A stretch of DNA of 64,000 nucleotides from Octopus vulgaris (GCA_951406725.2 OX597815.1:195176001-195240000); one strand, 5' to 3'. Counted from the stretch's first letter, positions 27,491 to 42,212 are shown. A program made the numbers and translations. Notes: generated from the sequence alone by a model not told the origin.

Positions 27491-27502
27491 GTAGATAGGT
27501 AG
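27143..27502. repeat. (GATA)n microsatellite
   Basis: Direct inspection. Confidence 0.95.
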
Positions 27503-27964
27503 ATGGGCGAGTGGACGAGCGTATGTGTTCTGGTGTTTGTGTATGTGTAACGTTAATGGAAATGTATTGGACGTTTCGCCATGAAAGTCGTTTTTGCTAA
27601 GCATGCTTAGTGTATTAACTACACACACTTATGAAACCAGAAAGGGAGAGGGAGAGAGAGGGAGAGAGAGAGAGAGAGAGATCCAGAATGAGAGTAAGCA
27701 AAAAGAGAAAGAGATAGAGAGATACGGAGAAACGATGGTGCGGGGGGGAGAGACAGAAGTGAGAGTGAGACGGACACGAAATAAATTCTCAAAGGTCTGG
27801 TTTCAGGCTAATAATTTATTCACTGACCTTCCTTTGACCCTCTTTTTCTCAGACCAATACAACCGCTGAACACGCCTTTTGTAAATTCTGGGTACAAACG
27901 AAAATCTCTTGGCCGTATATAAGACGAAGTGTTTCATCTCAATTCACTATGGATTTTTTATCTT

Positions 27965-28352
27965 TTTAGCTTTTACTTGTTTCGGTAATTTGAGCGCGAC
28001 CAAGGAATTTTAGTCGAACAAATCTACCCCAGAACTATTTTTCAAGCCTGGTACTTTATCTATCGCCAAATTACAGGGACATAAACTCACCAACATCGGT
28101 TGTCAACCGGTGTGTCTCAACCGGTGTCGGGAGACAAACACAGACAAAAAGTCACACACACACACACACACACACATATACATATATATCACAGACTCCT
28201 TTCAGTTTCAGTCTACCAAGTCCACTCACAAGGCTTTGGTCGGTCGGATGCTATAGTACAAGACACTAGCCTGAGGTGCCACGCGGTGCGACTGAACCCG
28301 GAGCCATGTGGTTGGAAAGCACGCTCTTTGCTACACAGTTACACTTGCGCCT
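27965..28352 (-). mobile_element. SINE family A, diverged
   Basis: Tail TTTTACTTGTTTC through head CACACAG..CTTGCGCCT. Confidence 0.7.
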
Positions 28353-28700
28353 ATGTCAATGTATTTCTCCAATTCAGGTGAAATCTTCACCAAAAATAAA
28401 ATTATTAAACTTTACAGGATTTTTTTCCCAGTCCCGTAAAATATTAGTCGTATGATTGTGTCTGCACCGCTTTGGTTTTCTAGAATTTTCTACAAATATT
28501 CCTCAATTACTTACTTGTAAAGGTTTGGGTACGTTGTAGCCTGCTGTGTCTTTGGTATGCGCTTCATAACAATCCTTCCAGCGATTAACATTAAATACTT
28601 TTAGCAGGAATGTTGCGAGGCGTGTAAGGCTAGAAATTTGCAGCATTTTTGGACAGTTGATGCTGATAAGGTTGATTTCTAACAATATGCTACAATATCT

Positions 28701-28741
<41 letters not shown>

Positions 28742-29469
28742 GAGTGAACACAGAACGTTTCTGTCTCATCATGTTCTGAACATGCAGCCATGTTTCGAAT
28801 TGCCTCCATAAGAATTCAAATCCTCGCACCTAATTCACAGTTGATTCTCTTCCTATCCTCCCCCGTCTTTCTCTGACTACCTCCTCTTCCTCTCTTTCTT
28901 TCTCTGGAGCTGTATGTCTGTCTCTCTCTCTCTCGCTCTTTCTTCGTCTATCTATCTATCTATATTTCACACACAAACATGCTCACGGTATTTGGATTTC
29001 TGACGGATAACAAGTATCTTCGAACTAAGTTAAGCAAGATGAACAGAAATGAAACGAGACCGAATACATGCTTCTAATCATTCTGTGCACCATTCTGCCG
29101 GTTTTCCAATTATGATAATAATTATTTCTATTATACTGTACCTGTCATTGCTAGTATATACACTGCTAGTTTCACTGACGTTCATGCAACAACACAGTAC
29201 CTAATTTAATGCACGAAATCATGTTCCAATGCAACCAAAGCCTGTACCAGCTCAACCCTAGAAGAAATATTAATCCATTGCTATAAAGATCGCTCTGTCA
29301 AAAGTAATGCTTAAGTATTCACGTTGTTTTCCATAAATCCTGTATTACCTGTTAACTGCGTGAGTTAGATGATGTAACAGGTGATTTTTAGAATGACATT
29401 TTAGGGAAGGTGTGAGTGCCGGATTTGTTGTGTTCAAACATAAAACTTGTTCAATATTTCGGCTGGATA

Positions 29470-30235
29470 AAGCGGCGAGCTGGCAGAAACTTTAGAACGC
29501 CGGTCGAAATGCTTTGTGGTACTTCGTCTATCTTTACGTTCTGAGTTCAAAATTCTGCCGAGGTCGACTTTGCCTTTCATCCTTTCGGGGTCGATAAAGG
29601 CGGCGAGCTGGCAGAAACGTTAGCACGCCGGGCGAAATGCTTAGCAGTATTTCGTCTGTCTTTGTGTTCTGAGTTCAAATTCTGCCATGGTTGACTTTGC
29701 CTTTCATCCTTTTGGGGTTGATAAATTAAGTACCAGTTACGCACTGGGGTCGATGTAATCGACTTAATACCTATGTCTGTCCTTGTTTGTCCCCTCTGTG
29801 TTTAGCCCCTTGTGGGTAATAAAGAAAGAGGTATTTCGTCTGTCTTTACGTTCTGAGTTCAAATTCCGCCGAGGTCGACTTTGTCTTTCATCCTTTCGGG
29901 GTCGATTAATTAAATACCAATTGCGTACTGTGTTCGATCTAATCGACTGAGTCCCTTCCCAAAAATGTCGGACCTTGTGCCTAGAGTAGAAAAGAATATT
30001 TCAGCTGGATAAGGTGGCGAGCTGGCAGAAACGTTAGCACACCGGACGAAATGCTTAGTTTTATTTCATCTGCCTATACATTCTGAGTTCAAATTATGCC
30101 GAGGTCGACATTACCTATCATCATTTCGGGGTCGATAAATTAAATACCAATTGCGTACTGTGGTCGATCTAATCGACTGAGTCTCTTACCAAAAATTTCG
30201 GGCCTTGTGCCTAGAGTAGAAAAGAATACTTCAGC
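29470..30235 (+). mobile_element. Cluster/tandem array of SINE family C
   Basis: Three heads (~29471, 29598, 30012) plus a headless body unit; alternative tail GCCTTGTGCCTAGAGTAGAAAAGAAT. Confidence 0.85.
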
Positions 30236-31041
30236 TGGATATGTATAGATTGCTCTTTTGTCTTAGTGAAATAGAATATGTCAACTCCCTACTGGCGCTT
30301 TCTCGAAAAGATATAATAATAACTCGAGCTGGGATTCTTTTCGATGAATAAACATTTTTCGCTTACTTTGCTTAATTAGTTTTAGTCATTGGGACACTGC
30401 TATACTTCAGCAACTCATCAATATAGAAACCTTCATTAATGGATGCCTTGTTTGCAAATTTGTGTGTGCCAAGGTGTGTTGTTGGCGTTGAAGTTTGCGT
30501 TCATTTTTATGGAAATTGTTTGTTCGTGGCATTACTCTCTTCAGCTGTCAAAGATCATATTTGAGGGCATTTTTCTTGCCGATATTTTTGTGCTGAATAT
30601 CAACTAATCAAAAGGAGGAGGATTTTTTTTTCTCCCGTCCAATTAGTGTGAAAATGTTTATAAAAGGAATTTGTGAATCTGTCTTTCAATGAATTCGAAA
30701 TAATTGTCCGAGAAAAAAGCCATAAAAATCAAGAATTTAGCAAGCAACGTCAGAAACAGACAAAAACGTAATCCACAAAAGAGATCTTTGAGAAGAACAT
30801 TATGGGATGGTAATATAGAAAGGTAACAACGAAGATAATGACCACAGCTGTTGCAATGATGATGAAGATGATGAGTAGGAGAAGGAGGAGGAGTATGTTT
30901 TACCACCAGTAGCAAACTATGCATACTGGTTAAAAATCGTGTGATACCGGCCAGTACATTGCAATAAAGATATAAGACCATTTGTGATGGTATCATACAA
31001 TGAATACATGTATGTGTGTGTGAGTGTGTGTCTGTGTATAA

Positions 31042-31080
<39 letters not shown>

Positions 31081-31111
31081 CGTATGTTTTTGACTATATT
31101 TGCGTGCGTTT

Positions 31112-31205
31112 TCTTGCGTGGCAGTTTGGGCAACTGTCTTCTACAGCCTCGGGCCAACGAAAGCCTTGTGAGTGGATTTCCTAGACGGAAACTGAAAGAA
31201 GCCCG

Positions 31206-31287
<82 letters not shown>

Positions 31288-31586
31288 ATGTGTGTGTGTA
31301 TGTGTGTATGTGTGTATGTTTGTATGCATGTATGTATGTATGCATGTATGTATGTGTGTATATGTTTGTGTGTCTGTGTTTGTCCCAGCAACATCGCGCT
31401 TGACAACCGATACTGGTGTGTTTACGCTCTCGTAACATAACGGTTCGGCAAAAGAGACCGATAGAATAAGTACCAGGCTTACAAAGAATAAGTCCTGGGG
31501 TCGATGTGCTTGACTAAAGGTGGTGCTCCAGCATGGCCATATTCAAATGACTGAATCAAGTAAAAGAGTAAAAGAGAGTAAAGAGT
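31112..31586 (+). mobile_element. SINE family A, 5'-truncated, internal (TA)(TG) tract
   Basis: TTGGGCAACTGTCTTCTACAGCCTCGGGCC through the (AAGAGTA)n tail. Confidence 0.8.
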
Positions 31587-31597
31587 ATAAAGATACA

Positions 31598-31975
31598 CAG
31601 TAGAACCTCGCAGCACTAGTGCCGCATTGTACGAATAATTTCCTGTACGAGCCCAGACTCGTGCGAATTTATGACTTCAAGTACGAGCGGAAATCCACAG
31701 TACGAGCACACAAATTGTCCCGTCTTTAAGGTAATTCAGTTTAAAAACCAGTTTATATCTTTCTTTTGTATTCTCTCTTTTATAATTTTAATTTTACTTG
31801 TAACTACAACTTTTCTATTTCAAAACTAAGAAAAAAAATATTTTTGAGTTGTTTTGTGGGGCTGCAATGGATTTCAGTTAATTTCAAGGAGGAAAATTGA
31901 TTTGTAAAACGAGTAAATCGTAAGACATGCTCGGTCATGGAACGAATTAAACTCGTACTGCGAGGTATCAGAGTG
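31598..31975. mobile_element. Putative pogo/Tigger-like MITE
   Basis: Left end CAGTAGAACCTCGCAG, right end CTGCGAGGTATCA; internal TACGA/TCGTA subterminal motifs. Right TIR degenerate. Confidence 0.5.
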
Positions 31976-32014
31976 TTTGTATGTTTAATACGAAATAAAT
32001 TGTTGTTTACACAA

Positions 32015-32490
32015 AACTGGTTGCCCAGTCCTGGCTAAGAAAGAATATGTTCACAAGCATGAAAACTGTGGGACCTATATACACTGGAAACTATGCCAAC
32101 ACTATGGAATGACAAAAGAAAAAGATAACATAAGCACACCACCGAAAAGTCTCAGAAAATGAGAAACCAACTATATTCTTCGATATGTCGATGCACAGAG
32201 ATAGAGAAATCAAGGTTAAGAGACCGAGTTAGTTGTCAGAGATCACCGTGAAAAAATGCCTTCTAACTGATGTATCAATATCAACAGATGACAATGTATT
32301 TCTAAGAGAAACGGAGGATCTCAGGAAATACAAAAATCTAGATATAGAGGTAACTCGAACGTGGATCCTAAAAACAGAAACAATCCCAGTAATAGGTGCA
32401 TTGGGTATGATCACAAAACATTTAGACAAATACGCAACCAAACCACCGGGATTTACGAATGTATATAACATCTAGAAAATAGAACTTATT
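32015..32490 (+). pseudogene. R4/Dong-like non-LTR retrotransposon C-terminal zinc knuckle + RLE remnant
   Basis: GCPVLAKKEYVHKHE, VGTYIHWKLC-like, REIKVKRP, KKCLLTDVSI, KYKNLDIEV, TIPVIGALG. Confidence 0.75.
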
Positions 32491-33043
32491 AAACTACCCC
32501 CATCTTCATTGCTTCTATTCATATCACAAACAAGTTACATATTCTACAATTTCAGATATTAGCTGCTACTTTATGAATTATATACTGTTCATTATATTAT
32601 ATTTGTTGCATATAATCAATGTCTATTTTGTCCGTTATATCAAATTATTTTTCGTTCATGGACACATTGCACTGAGTGATAGCGTTGATTACTTTACATC
32701 GTAATTGTTGTCGCTTTTTGCATTCCAACGGCTTCTTAATAGAAATATTGCACTTTCACACTGATATCACACCTTATACATATATATTTTTGTGGGGTAC
32801 CTCAATTCGGTCGTTCAACCTACTAGAAATGTTAAGTATATATTTTGTCTTTTTTTTGTCATACGCTATCATGATGTACGTGTATAGATATAGCTCTGAC
32901 CCGAACAAGGATGTCTCACATTTCGCAAAAATGAAAACAGCACTGACATCCCATTACGGAAAAATGAAAATAACAATGACATCTCATTTTAACAGATATA
33001 TTTACCAAAATCACATAAAAATATCTTGAAATACGAAAGAGTA

Positions 33044-33760
33044 AATTTATTCAATAAAATCGCCCCGACCTTCAGACAACTTTGGAATCTCTTCCTGCAA
33101 CACTTCTGGACGGCCCCCTTATATAACCTGGTGGATGCTGCTATGATCCTTACCTTCAGTTGATCTTGGGAGTTACAAGGGATTTTGTTGGCCTCTCGGT
33201 CAACTGCGCCAACGCATGATAGTCAAGGGGATTGCCGTCTGGGGAGATAGGTGGCCAGATTTTAGGGGTGATGTGGTCGCAGAAATACTCTGACAGTTAT
33301 GATTGGGTTCCGTGCTTGTGTGGCATGGGGCAGAGTCTTGTTGCCAGACATAGGGTCTTCCAGCAGCCACCCTATGGTTTGAAACCTTACAATCATAATT
33401 TAATATAAGTAGTCTGCAATTATTTTATTCTTGTGAAATTCCCTGTATTGAAGTAGTTTGTTTCTTAAAAACAATTAAACAAATCGATGTTGAAATATGT
33501 ATTACCAATTCTTATAAAAGAAAACAGATAAATGTTAATGTGCGTTTTATTTCTCCTTTTCTCCTACAAACATAGGGTCTTCCAGCAGACACAGGGCAGC
33601 AGTACCTCCTCCAGGCATTTGATGTGGGCCTCCGTGTTGAGTCTGAGGCAGTATGGAAAGATGAATGGAGGCATAACGTCGTAATCATTAGTACTCACTC
33701 CAAACACCATGATGTTGACTGGATGTTTGACTTTTATCACTCTTGGTACATGTCCTTAGA
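33044..33760 (-). pseudogene. Tc1/mariner transposase remnant (DD37D/maT-like)
   Basis: Minus MVFGV..VMPPFIF, GRPYVWQQDSAPCHTS, WPPISPDGNPLDY, C-terminal GDFIE*. Interrupted by a ~190-bp insertion. Confidence 0.75.
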
Positions 33761-34563
33761 TTACACTGTCCTCAGATTGACAACCAAACACTCTGAAATG
33801 TTCGTATTGAAGCTTCAGGCGCAAATGCCATGCAGTACAGCATGTTGTTTACAAATTTCTGGCAAAGTGAACTGCGTCATGGTGATGCACGAAAGTAAAA
33901 ATATAAAATGGTGACAATTAACTCATCACACCATGTATGTTACTCTGACCTGCAAGAAAGCATAGACAAAACGTATTCAAATCATGCTGTTCACGTTTGT
34001 ATATGAATGTCTGTATTCACCAACGATGCAAATATAAATGCGTGGCAGCTAAACATTAATAATTAGCTTACCATATATTCTTTAATTCCCAAGGATAACA
34101 AGACAAAAATATTATGACACCTACCCTGGTTGTCAATATCAGAAATGAATGATTGCAACAACTGCTTCGACTGAGACCAACGGACACGCCATTTGAACCT
34201 ATATAGTTTTAATATATCGTCAGATTTATCTTCGCCAGATTTGCTTAGAATTCCTAATATATATATAAAAATTTACAGATGTCATATTCTATGTATGTAT
34301 TGCTGTGGTTAGCTATGAGTGTCCGTATGTATACATACACACTCACACACACACACATATATGCATACAAAAAGAGAGAGCGAGATAGATAGCTAGATGT
34401 AGACACTGACATATATGTGTGTGTGTGTGTGTGTCTGTATGTGTTATAAATTATATACGCATATATTTTTTTAATTAATGAACAGTCAATCATCGACTAT
34501 AAAAATTAATTTTATTGTATAATTTTGAAAAAATAAATTTTATAGTCAATGATTGACAGTTCA

Positions 34564-34633
<70 letters not shown>

Positions 34634-34707
34634 CGCACACATACACACACACATATATATATATACACATATGTATATATATACATATATATATATATAT
34701 ACATACG

Positions 34708-34740
<33 letters not shown>

Positions 34741-34741
34741 G

Positions 34742-35080
34742 GTGACCCCCTTCGGTCAGACACTGACCATGGGTTTGCACCTAGAGACTTACCCTCTCAA
34801 GCACAAGTCTGGGCAAGGTTGTTTTTTTTATGGAAGACCAGCAGTCGCCCATGCATACCGGCCTCCACTCTCCACGTCACCGATGTTGTCCAAGGGAAAG
34901 GCAAGGGCCGATACAGCTTGGCACCTGTGACGTCGCAACTCATTTCTACAGCTGAGTGAACTGGAGCAACGTGAAATAAAGTGTCTTGCTCAAGAACACA
35001 ACACGCAGCCCGGTTCGGGATTCGCGCTCACAACCTCACGATCGTAAGCTCGACGCTCTAACCACTGAGCCATGCGCCTT

Positions 35081-35082
<2 letters not shown>
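34742..35082 (-). mobile_element. tRNA-derived SINE, family D
   Basis: Minus head GTGAAGGCGCATGGCTCAGTGGTTAGAGCG.., then TTGTGTTCTTGAGCAAGACACTT..CACGTTGCTCCAGT shared with 59517-59759. Confidence 0.75.
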
Positions 35083-35178
<96 letters not shown>

Positions 35179-35477
35179 TATATATATATATATATATATA
35201 TTCAAAACTACAATAAAATAAATTTTATAGTCAATAATTGACAGTTTATTAATATAAAAACTATATACATGTTTCTAACATAAGAACTTATAGCGAATAC
35301 AATGATATCAGTCTATTATGACGTTTTAGTTAAATTGCTTATTTATGCTTTCTAAAAGCAAATCGTATTGAGAGAAAACACTCCTAAGATTATTGTGAGG
35401 AAGTTTACATCAACGGTTTCCCAGAAGGAGTTCACTTCGTATGTCGTATGTGAATGATAGACATTTAACTGTTAGGG

Positions 35478-35690
35478 TTTACTCTTTTACTTGTTTTCAG
35501 TCATTTTGACTGCGGCCATGCTGGAGCACCGCCTTTAGTCGAGCAAATCGACCCCGGGACTTATTCTTTGTAAGTCCACTACTTATTCTATCAGTCTCTT
35601 TTGCCGAACCGCTAAGTGACGGGGACGTAAACATGCCAGCACCGGTTGTCAAGCAATGCTAGGGGGACAAACACAGACACACACACACAC

Positions 35691-35758
<68 letters not shown>

Positions 35759-35920
35759 TACGACAGGCTTCTTTCAGTTTCCGTCTACCAAATCCACTCA
35801 CAAGGCATTGGTCGGCCCGGGGCTATAGCAGAAGACACTTGCCCAAGATGCCACGCAGTGGGACTGAACCCGGAACCATGTGGTTGGTTAGCAAGCTACT
35901 TACCACACAGCCACTCCTGC
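35478..35920 (-). mobile_element. SINE family A, near full length
   Basis: Closely matches 95-514. Confidence 0.85.
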
Positions 35921-36421
35921 GGTTTGTATAGAAGACGTTTTAAAAGTGACTATGGTGCTAATATTCAGGTACATACAAAAGTTTAAAACGGGGATCCATG
36001 TAGGACGAATCATTCTTTCACAATGTATGTATGCCTGTATGTATAGGAAACTTTTGGAAAAATAACTCTTCGAAAACCTAAAATTCGAGGAATATCTTTT
36101 GTATAATCGTAAAATGTGATACAGCAGGACGAAGAATGAACATATAGAACGCAGGAATGCACGCACTACAGACGTGGGTACGCCCATTCTACATGAGATA
36201 TCGAAGAAAATATAACACAATTCCGATGCCTTAACCATATAGTAGTTTTCAAGTGGACAGCTTCATCAGTAAAACGTTAAAAAGGTGTAAATCAGCAAAC
36301 CTGAGCTACAGAATACGACAAATTCACAAAAAGGACGGGGTCTCAAGACCAACAGTAAAAACCGAAGAGTTATACGGAGAACGGGAAAATATATAAAACG
36401 CAAAAGTAATGGGAGTAAAAA

Positions 36422-36465
<44 letters not shown>

Positions 36466-36985
36466 ACACACGTATATATATTTATATATGCATGTATATA
36501 TGCATGTAGATGTGGGTACGTACATATATGTTTGTATGTATGCATATATTTTATTTATTACACTATTGCATGACTAAGCGCCTTCGCGTCGATTCGATTC
36601 GATTGGTTTCGTTTCCTCTCTTCTTCTTCTCTAAGCTGGTTTATATATATATATATATATTATAAATAATACATATTATAAAGTATATGAAGCAACCACT
36701 CTTCAAATTCAGCAAATCTGAGACAGATTTTTTTTAGTATATGTAATTATCTCCGATCTAAACAATTTAAAAAAATATATTCTGATATGCCTTCGGTAAC
36801 TACTCCAAACATAATAGATTCGCCATCATAAAAACTTATTATCTGCTGTGACTAATGAAAATATCGTATGTTCACGACTGTAATGATTTCCGGTGCAGCC
36901 CCTCCCGTCATTCGTTTTTATTGTTCTCTTAAAACTCGTATCGAGCAAGAAACTATGAATTGCAATGGAATGTACCACACGGTCG

Positions 36986-37017
<32 letters not shown>

Positions 37018-37997
37018 GTTCTCTTTTGTTTAAGAGCATGTGTGTGTATGTGTAGTGACTTCATATTTGTTTAAGGTCGCCAACAACACGCTTCTTTGCT
37101 CAATTAATTGTGACATCTTCTTCAGTTCAGCTAAAGCGCATTGTCATTAAGAGTGACTAAAGAACCATAGCCGTGTATTCAGCTACACACTCACTGATTC
37201 CTTCTTCTTGAAAATCTTATTTGTCATTGTTCCCTGATGAATAGCTAAATTAATTTTTCTCGTAAAATATCCGTATAGAATCCCCGGGCCTCGTTATATA
37301 AACGCACATTTATAAATAACGATAGAGTTTGTGTCTGTGAGAGAAGCATACATTTTTTCAACCTTCCAGACACTGTTTCCCGTACATTTTATATTTACTC
37401 ACGTGCTTAGTAACTAAAACATTAACCACATTGATTCAAACTAATTTTCAAATGGTTGTTTGCAGTACATTTCATTCGACGATAATTTTTTTTCCTATGA
37501 TGCCGAAAATTATTTATATCCTTGAAATTTGAATGACTGGACATTATATGTTTCACTTGTTCCTTACTTACCACATTTAACAGCAAATTTCTCAGATTAT
37601 ATCATTCAACGTTGTCTTTGATCAATTTTTATTATATTAAGTACAAGAGTGATCATCAACATCCGACTAAATATGTTTTGAGACACAGCAACAGAAATAT
37701 ATATATTGCGGCTGTCACGCTTGTATACGAGTGAATGTTTATACACACACACACACACACACACACATACATACACACACACAGATACATACATACATAC
37801 ATACATACATACATACATACATACATACATACATACATACATTGATAGATGAGTGTATTTTTGCCTCGTTAACAATTAACACGGAAAAAAATAGTAACCA
37901 GGGTAGCAAATCACAGAAGTAAAGAGGGTGTAACTCCTTGTTTTTAAAGGTAAAAACTTCGTGTTTATATATCTCTTTCACTCTTTCACTCTTTATA

Positions 37998-38070
<73 letters not shown>

Positions 38071-39377
38071 GAAGACGTAATTATGATATATTATTTACGT
38101 AGTTTTCCTATCTATTCTAAGAAATGAACAGTAATTTATTGGGTTTTTTTTCCAATACGTATAATTCTGCAAAGTAAATCTGCTCTGTAGTTTCAAATTT
38201 GTTAGTGCTTCTCACTTTCTACATTTGCACAAGTTACGACGTATAGAATAGACAGCCAATAAACAGAATAATTTTCTATCGGTTAAATTAATGGCTATGT
38301 TTAATGTCACCTTAGTACGATTTTTCAGATACGTATATCAATTATACTTTCACAGTGTGAAAAAAATCTTCATGTAAAAGAAAACGAAAATGACATGTAA
38401 GGTTTTTGTTGCTTATCACCAAAGATTTGAAGATGTTCTGTAAAATGAAAACTGCATGATTTAAAATATTGATGAAACCTGCTCAAAACAATAGCTTTCC
38501 TTATTCAATATATTTCTACTCCTGAATAATTGATTTGTTTTAAGTTGTTGAAATTCATCAATATTGATCGTTTGAGTTGTTCTTACTCGATGCAAAATAC
38601 TAAAATGCTAATCTGTAGGAGAAAAGAAGAAATAAAACACACATTAACATTTATCTGTTTTCTTTTATAAGAATTGGTAATAAATCTTTCAACATCGATC
38701 TGTTTAATTGCTTTTAAGAAACAAACTACTTCAACACAGAAAAATCTCACAAGAATAAAATAATTGCAGACTACTTATATTAAATTATGATTATAAGGTT
38801 TCAAATTTTATTGCTACATAGTGCAATGATTGCATTTATTGTTTTCATTCTCTCCCCTTCTGTAATACTCAAAACGAAACATAAAACTTTACTAATTCCC
38901 AACGTATGTTGCCCTCAAATACATCAGTTATCGTGCATTTACTTTTATTCAAAACTGACTGCAACACAATACATTTAATTATTCAATAAAAGCTAAAGTC
39001 AATGTGAAACATAACAGTGCATAATGCAGCTGAACATATTTCTTAATCACAATGCATCGGCGCTTTGCATGATGTTAACATTTCCTGACACCATGCTAGC
39101 AATTAATGTATATCTGTACTGCATGGTGGAATCCGGTAGTAAATATCACGCCCTTTATTCATCAAATGGCATTTCATAATTGAAATATTATTCTATATAA
39201 AACAAAACGCTTCACCTCAGCGCGTCAATATTTTATCGAATATACACCGAAATATTATACCTATTATACTCGAATATCATGAAGTGGGAGGAAAATTATA
39301 TGCAAGGTAGTCGAGCATCACGTTTTCGATCTCCTATCAGATTAAGTCGCTTAAAAGAAGTATAATATCCAGGAATA

Positions 39378-40010
39378 AGGCGGCGAGCTGGTTGAAACGT
39401 TGGCACGCCGGGCGAAATGCGTAGCCGTATTTTGTCTGCCGCTACGTTCTGTGATCAAATTCCGCCGAGGTCGACTTTGCCTTTCATCCTTTCGGGGTCG
39501 ATAAATTAAGTACCAGTTACGCACTGGGGTCGATATAAACGATTTAATCCCTTTGACTGTTCTTCTTTGTCCCCTCTGTGTTTAGCCCCTTGTGGGCAAT
39601 AAAGAAATAAGAAACGTTAGCACGCCTGGCGAAATGCGTAGCCGTATTTCGTCTGCCGTTACGTTCTGAGATCAAATTCTGCCGAGGTCGACTTTGCCTT
39701 TCATCCTTTCGGGCTCGATAAATTAAGTACCAGTTACGGTCTGAGGTCGATGTAATCGACTTAATCCCTTTGTCTGTCCTTGTTCGTCCCCTCTGTGTTT
39801 AGCCTTTTGTGGGTAGTAAAGAAATAGGTATTTCGACTGCCGTTATGTTCTGAGCTCAAATTCCGCGGAGGTCGACTTTGCTTTTAATACTTTTGGGGTC
39901 GATAAATTAAGTACCAGTTACGCACTGGGGTCGATGTAATCGACTTAATCCCTTTGTCTGTTCTTGTTTGTCTCCTCTATGTTTAGCACCTTGTGGGCAG
40001 TAACAAAAAA
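39378..40010 (+). mobile_element. SINE family C tandem array (3 units)
   Basis: Head at 39378; restarts at GAAACGTTAGC (~39611) and GGTATTTCG (~39827). Confidence 0.85.
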
Positions 40011-40425
40011 GGAAGTATATCCAGGAGTATTAATATGATGCTAGTTTCAATATTTCCTTTCTCAATCTTGTATAAACTATAAATATAAAATCTTCAACGA
40101 ATTAGTCGAACAAGTACAATCTGTAATTAAAGTCAATTTATATAATTTTTACAAAACGGAAATATTCTGAGCACACTTACAATTTCTGAATGTTTTAGAA
40201 AAAAGTATTAAATAAAATGACACTGCCTCCATAATACCGAATCCTTTAGGCTTTACGGGATGAAAAATTACAAATAGGTACATGGTTGTCTGAATGCGAA
40301 TGCGATATTACTGTTGCGGCAGAGTCAAGCAAAAGCTAAAAACGTATAGCGATTGTAAAAAAAGCGTTAACACGTGCTCAGCTCCATCTATAGTCTACAA
40401 TTTTCTGATATTACACTGGTCGTTT

Positions 40426-41220
40426 AGGCGGCGAGTTGGCAGAATCGTTAGCACGCCGGGCGAAATGCCGCTGCGTTCTAAGTTCAAATTCCGCCGTGGT
40501 CGACTTTGCCTTTCATCCTTTCGGGGTCGATAAATTAAGTATCAGTTACGCACTGGGGTTGATATAATCGACTTAATCCGTTTGTCGGTCCTTGTTTGTC
40601 TTCTCTGTGTTTAGCCCCTTGTGGGTAGTAAAGAAATAGGTAATTCGTCTGCCGTTACGTTCTGAGTTCCAATTGCCCCGAAGTCGACTTTGCCTTTCGT
40701 CCTTTCGGGGTCGATTACATAAGTACCAGGTATGTATTGGGGTAGATCTAATCGACTTAATCCCTTTATCTTTCCTTGTTTGTCCCCTCTATGTTTAGCC
40801 CCATGTGGGCAATAAAGAAATAAGGAACGTTAGCACGCCGAGCGAAATGCTTAGTGGTATTTCGTTTGCCGTTACGTTCTGAGTTCAAATTCCGCCGAAG
40901 TCGACTTTGCCTTTCATCATTTCTGGCTCGATAAATTAAGTACCACTTGCATACTGGAGTCTATCTAATCTAATTGACCCTCTCCCCCAAAATTTCGGGC
41001 GTTGTTCCTCGAGTAGAAAAGAATATTATACTGGTCGTTTAGGCGGCCAGCTTAGAGGATCACCAGCACGTAGGGCAAGATAATTGCGGCCATTCTTCCG
41101 CTTTTACGTTTTGAGTTCAAATTCCGCCGAGGTCGACTTCGCCTTTGATGATTTCAGTTTCGATAGAATAAATACCAGTTGCGTATTGGAGTCGATGTAA
41201 TCGACTTATCTCGTCTTCGT
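40426..41220 (+). mobile_element. SINE family C tandem array (3 units plus a diverged copy)
   Basis: Repeated GTCGACTTTGCCTTTC..CCTTTCGGGGTCGA bodies. Confidence 0.8.
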
Positions 41221-41796
41221 ATTTTGCTCGCCTTGTACTAAAATACTGAAATCAATACTAGAATTGTCTATAAGATAGATAACCTCTAAATAACCGGCCA
41301 CTACAATTCTTCTCAAAAGTAGGAATCTCCTGTTTGTCGTCTATTTTTAAGATAACGCCATTCAATGTACAACACATTAAAGTTCATTGGAAGCCCTTTT
41401 GTTAAAAACAGATGTTAACACTGATATAATAATAGCACACACCAAACAATGAATAGTGAACAATAAAGGAAAATTAAACCTGTTGCTTGCTTCAGTAGCT
41501 CCAGCTGAGTGTGCATTAAAAACAGCAACAGTAATCACAATAAGGTAATGTTTCACTGCCGTCACGCCGCACGCAACACAATGCAGAAATATCATTAATT
41601 CTTATTGATGAAAATGCTTTTACAGGGTATAATTTCACAAACAATATACAACATAATATAAGGGTGATGAAACTTATCTCACACCAAATAACCTTCCGGG
41701 TTGTTAGTAATAAAACGCCATTGCATATGTCTGGTAATAAAATACTTAATGCTGAGTATATAGCTTGAAAGGAAATATTATCAGTCTTATATATTC

Positions 41797-42212
41797 TAGT
41801 TATTTACTACCCACAAGAGGATAAACACAGAGAGGACAAACAAGGACAGACAACCGGATTAAGCCGATTATATCGACCCTAGTGCATAACTGGTACATAT
41901 TTAATCAACCCCGAAAGGATGAAAGGCAAAGTCGACCGCGGCGGAATCTGAACTCAGAACGTAGCGGCAGACGAAATACCTATTTCTTTACTACCCACAA
42001 GGGGCTAAACACAGAGGGGACAAACAAGGACAGACAAACGGATTAAGTCGATTACATCGACCCCAGTGCGTAAATAGTACTTAATTTATCGACCCCGAAA
42101 GGATGAAAGGCAAAGTCGACCTCGGCAGAATTTGAACTCAGAACGTAAAGGCAGACGAAATACAGCTACGCATTTCGCCCGGTTTGCTAACGTTTCTGCC
42201 AGCTCGCCGCCT
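41797..42212 (-). mobile_element. SINE family C, head plus two units
   Basis: Reverse complement of the same structure; flanks share CAGTC(T/C)TATATATTCT. Confidence 0.85.
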
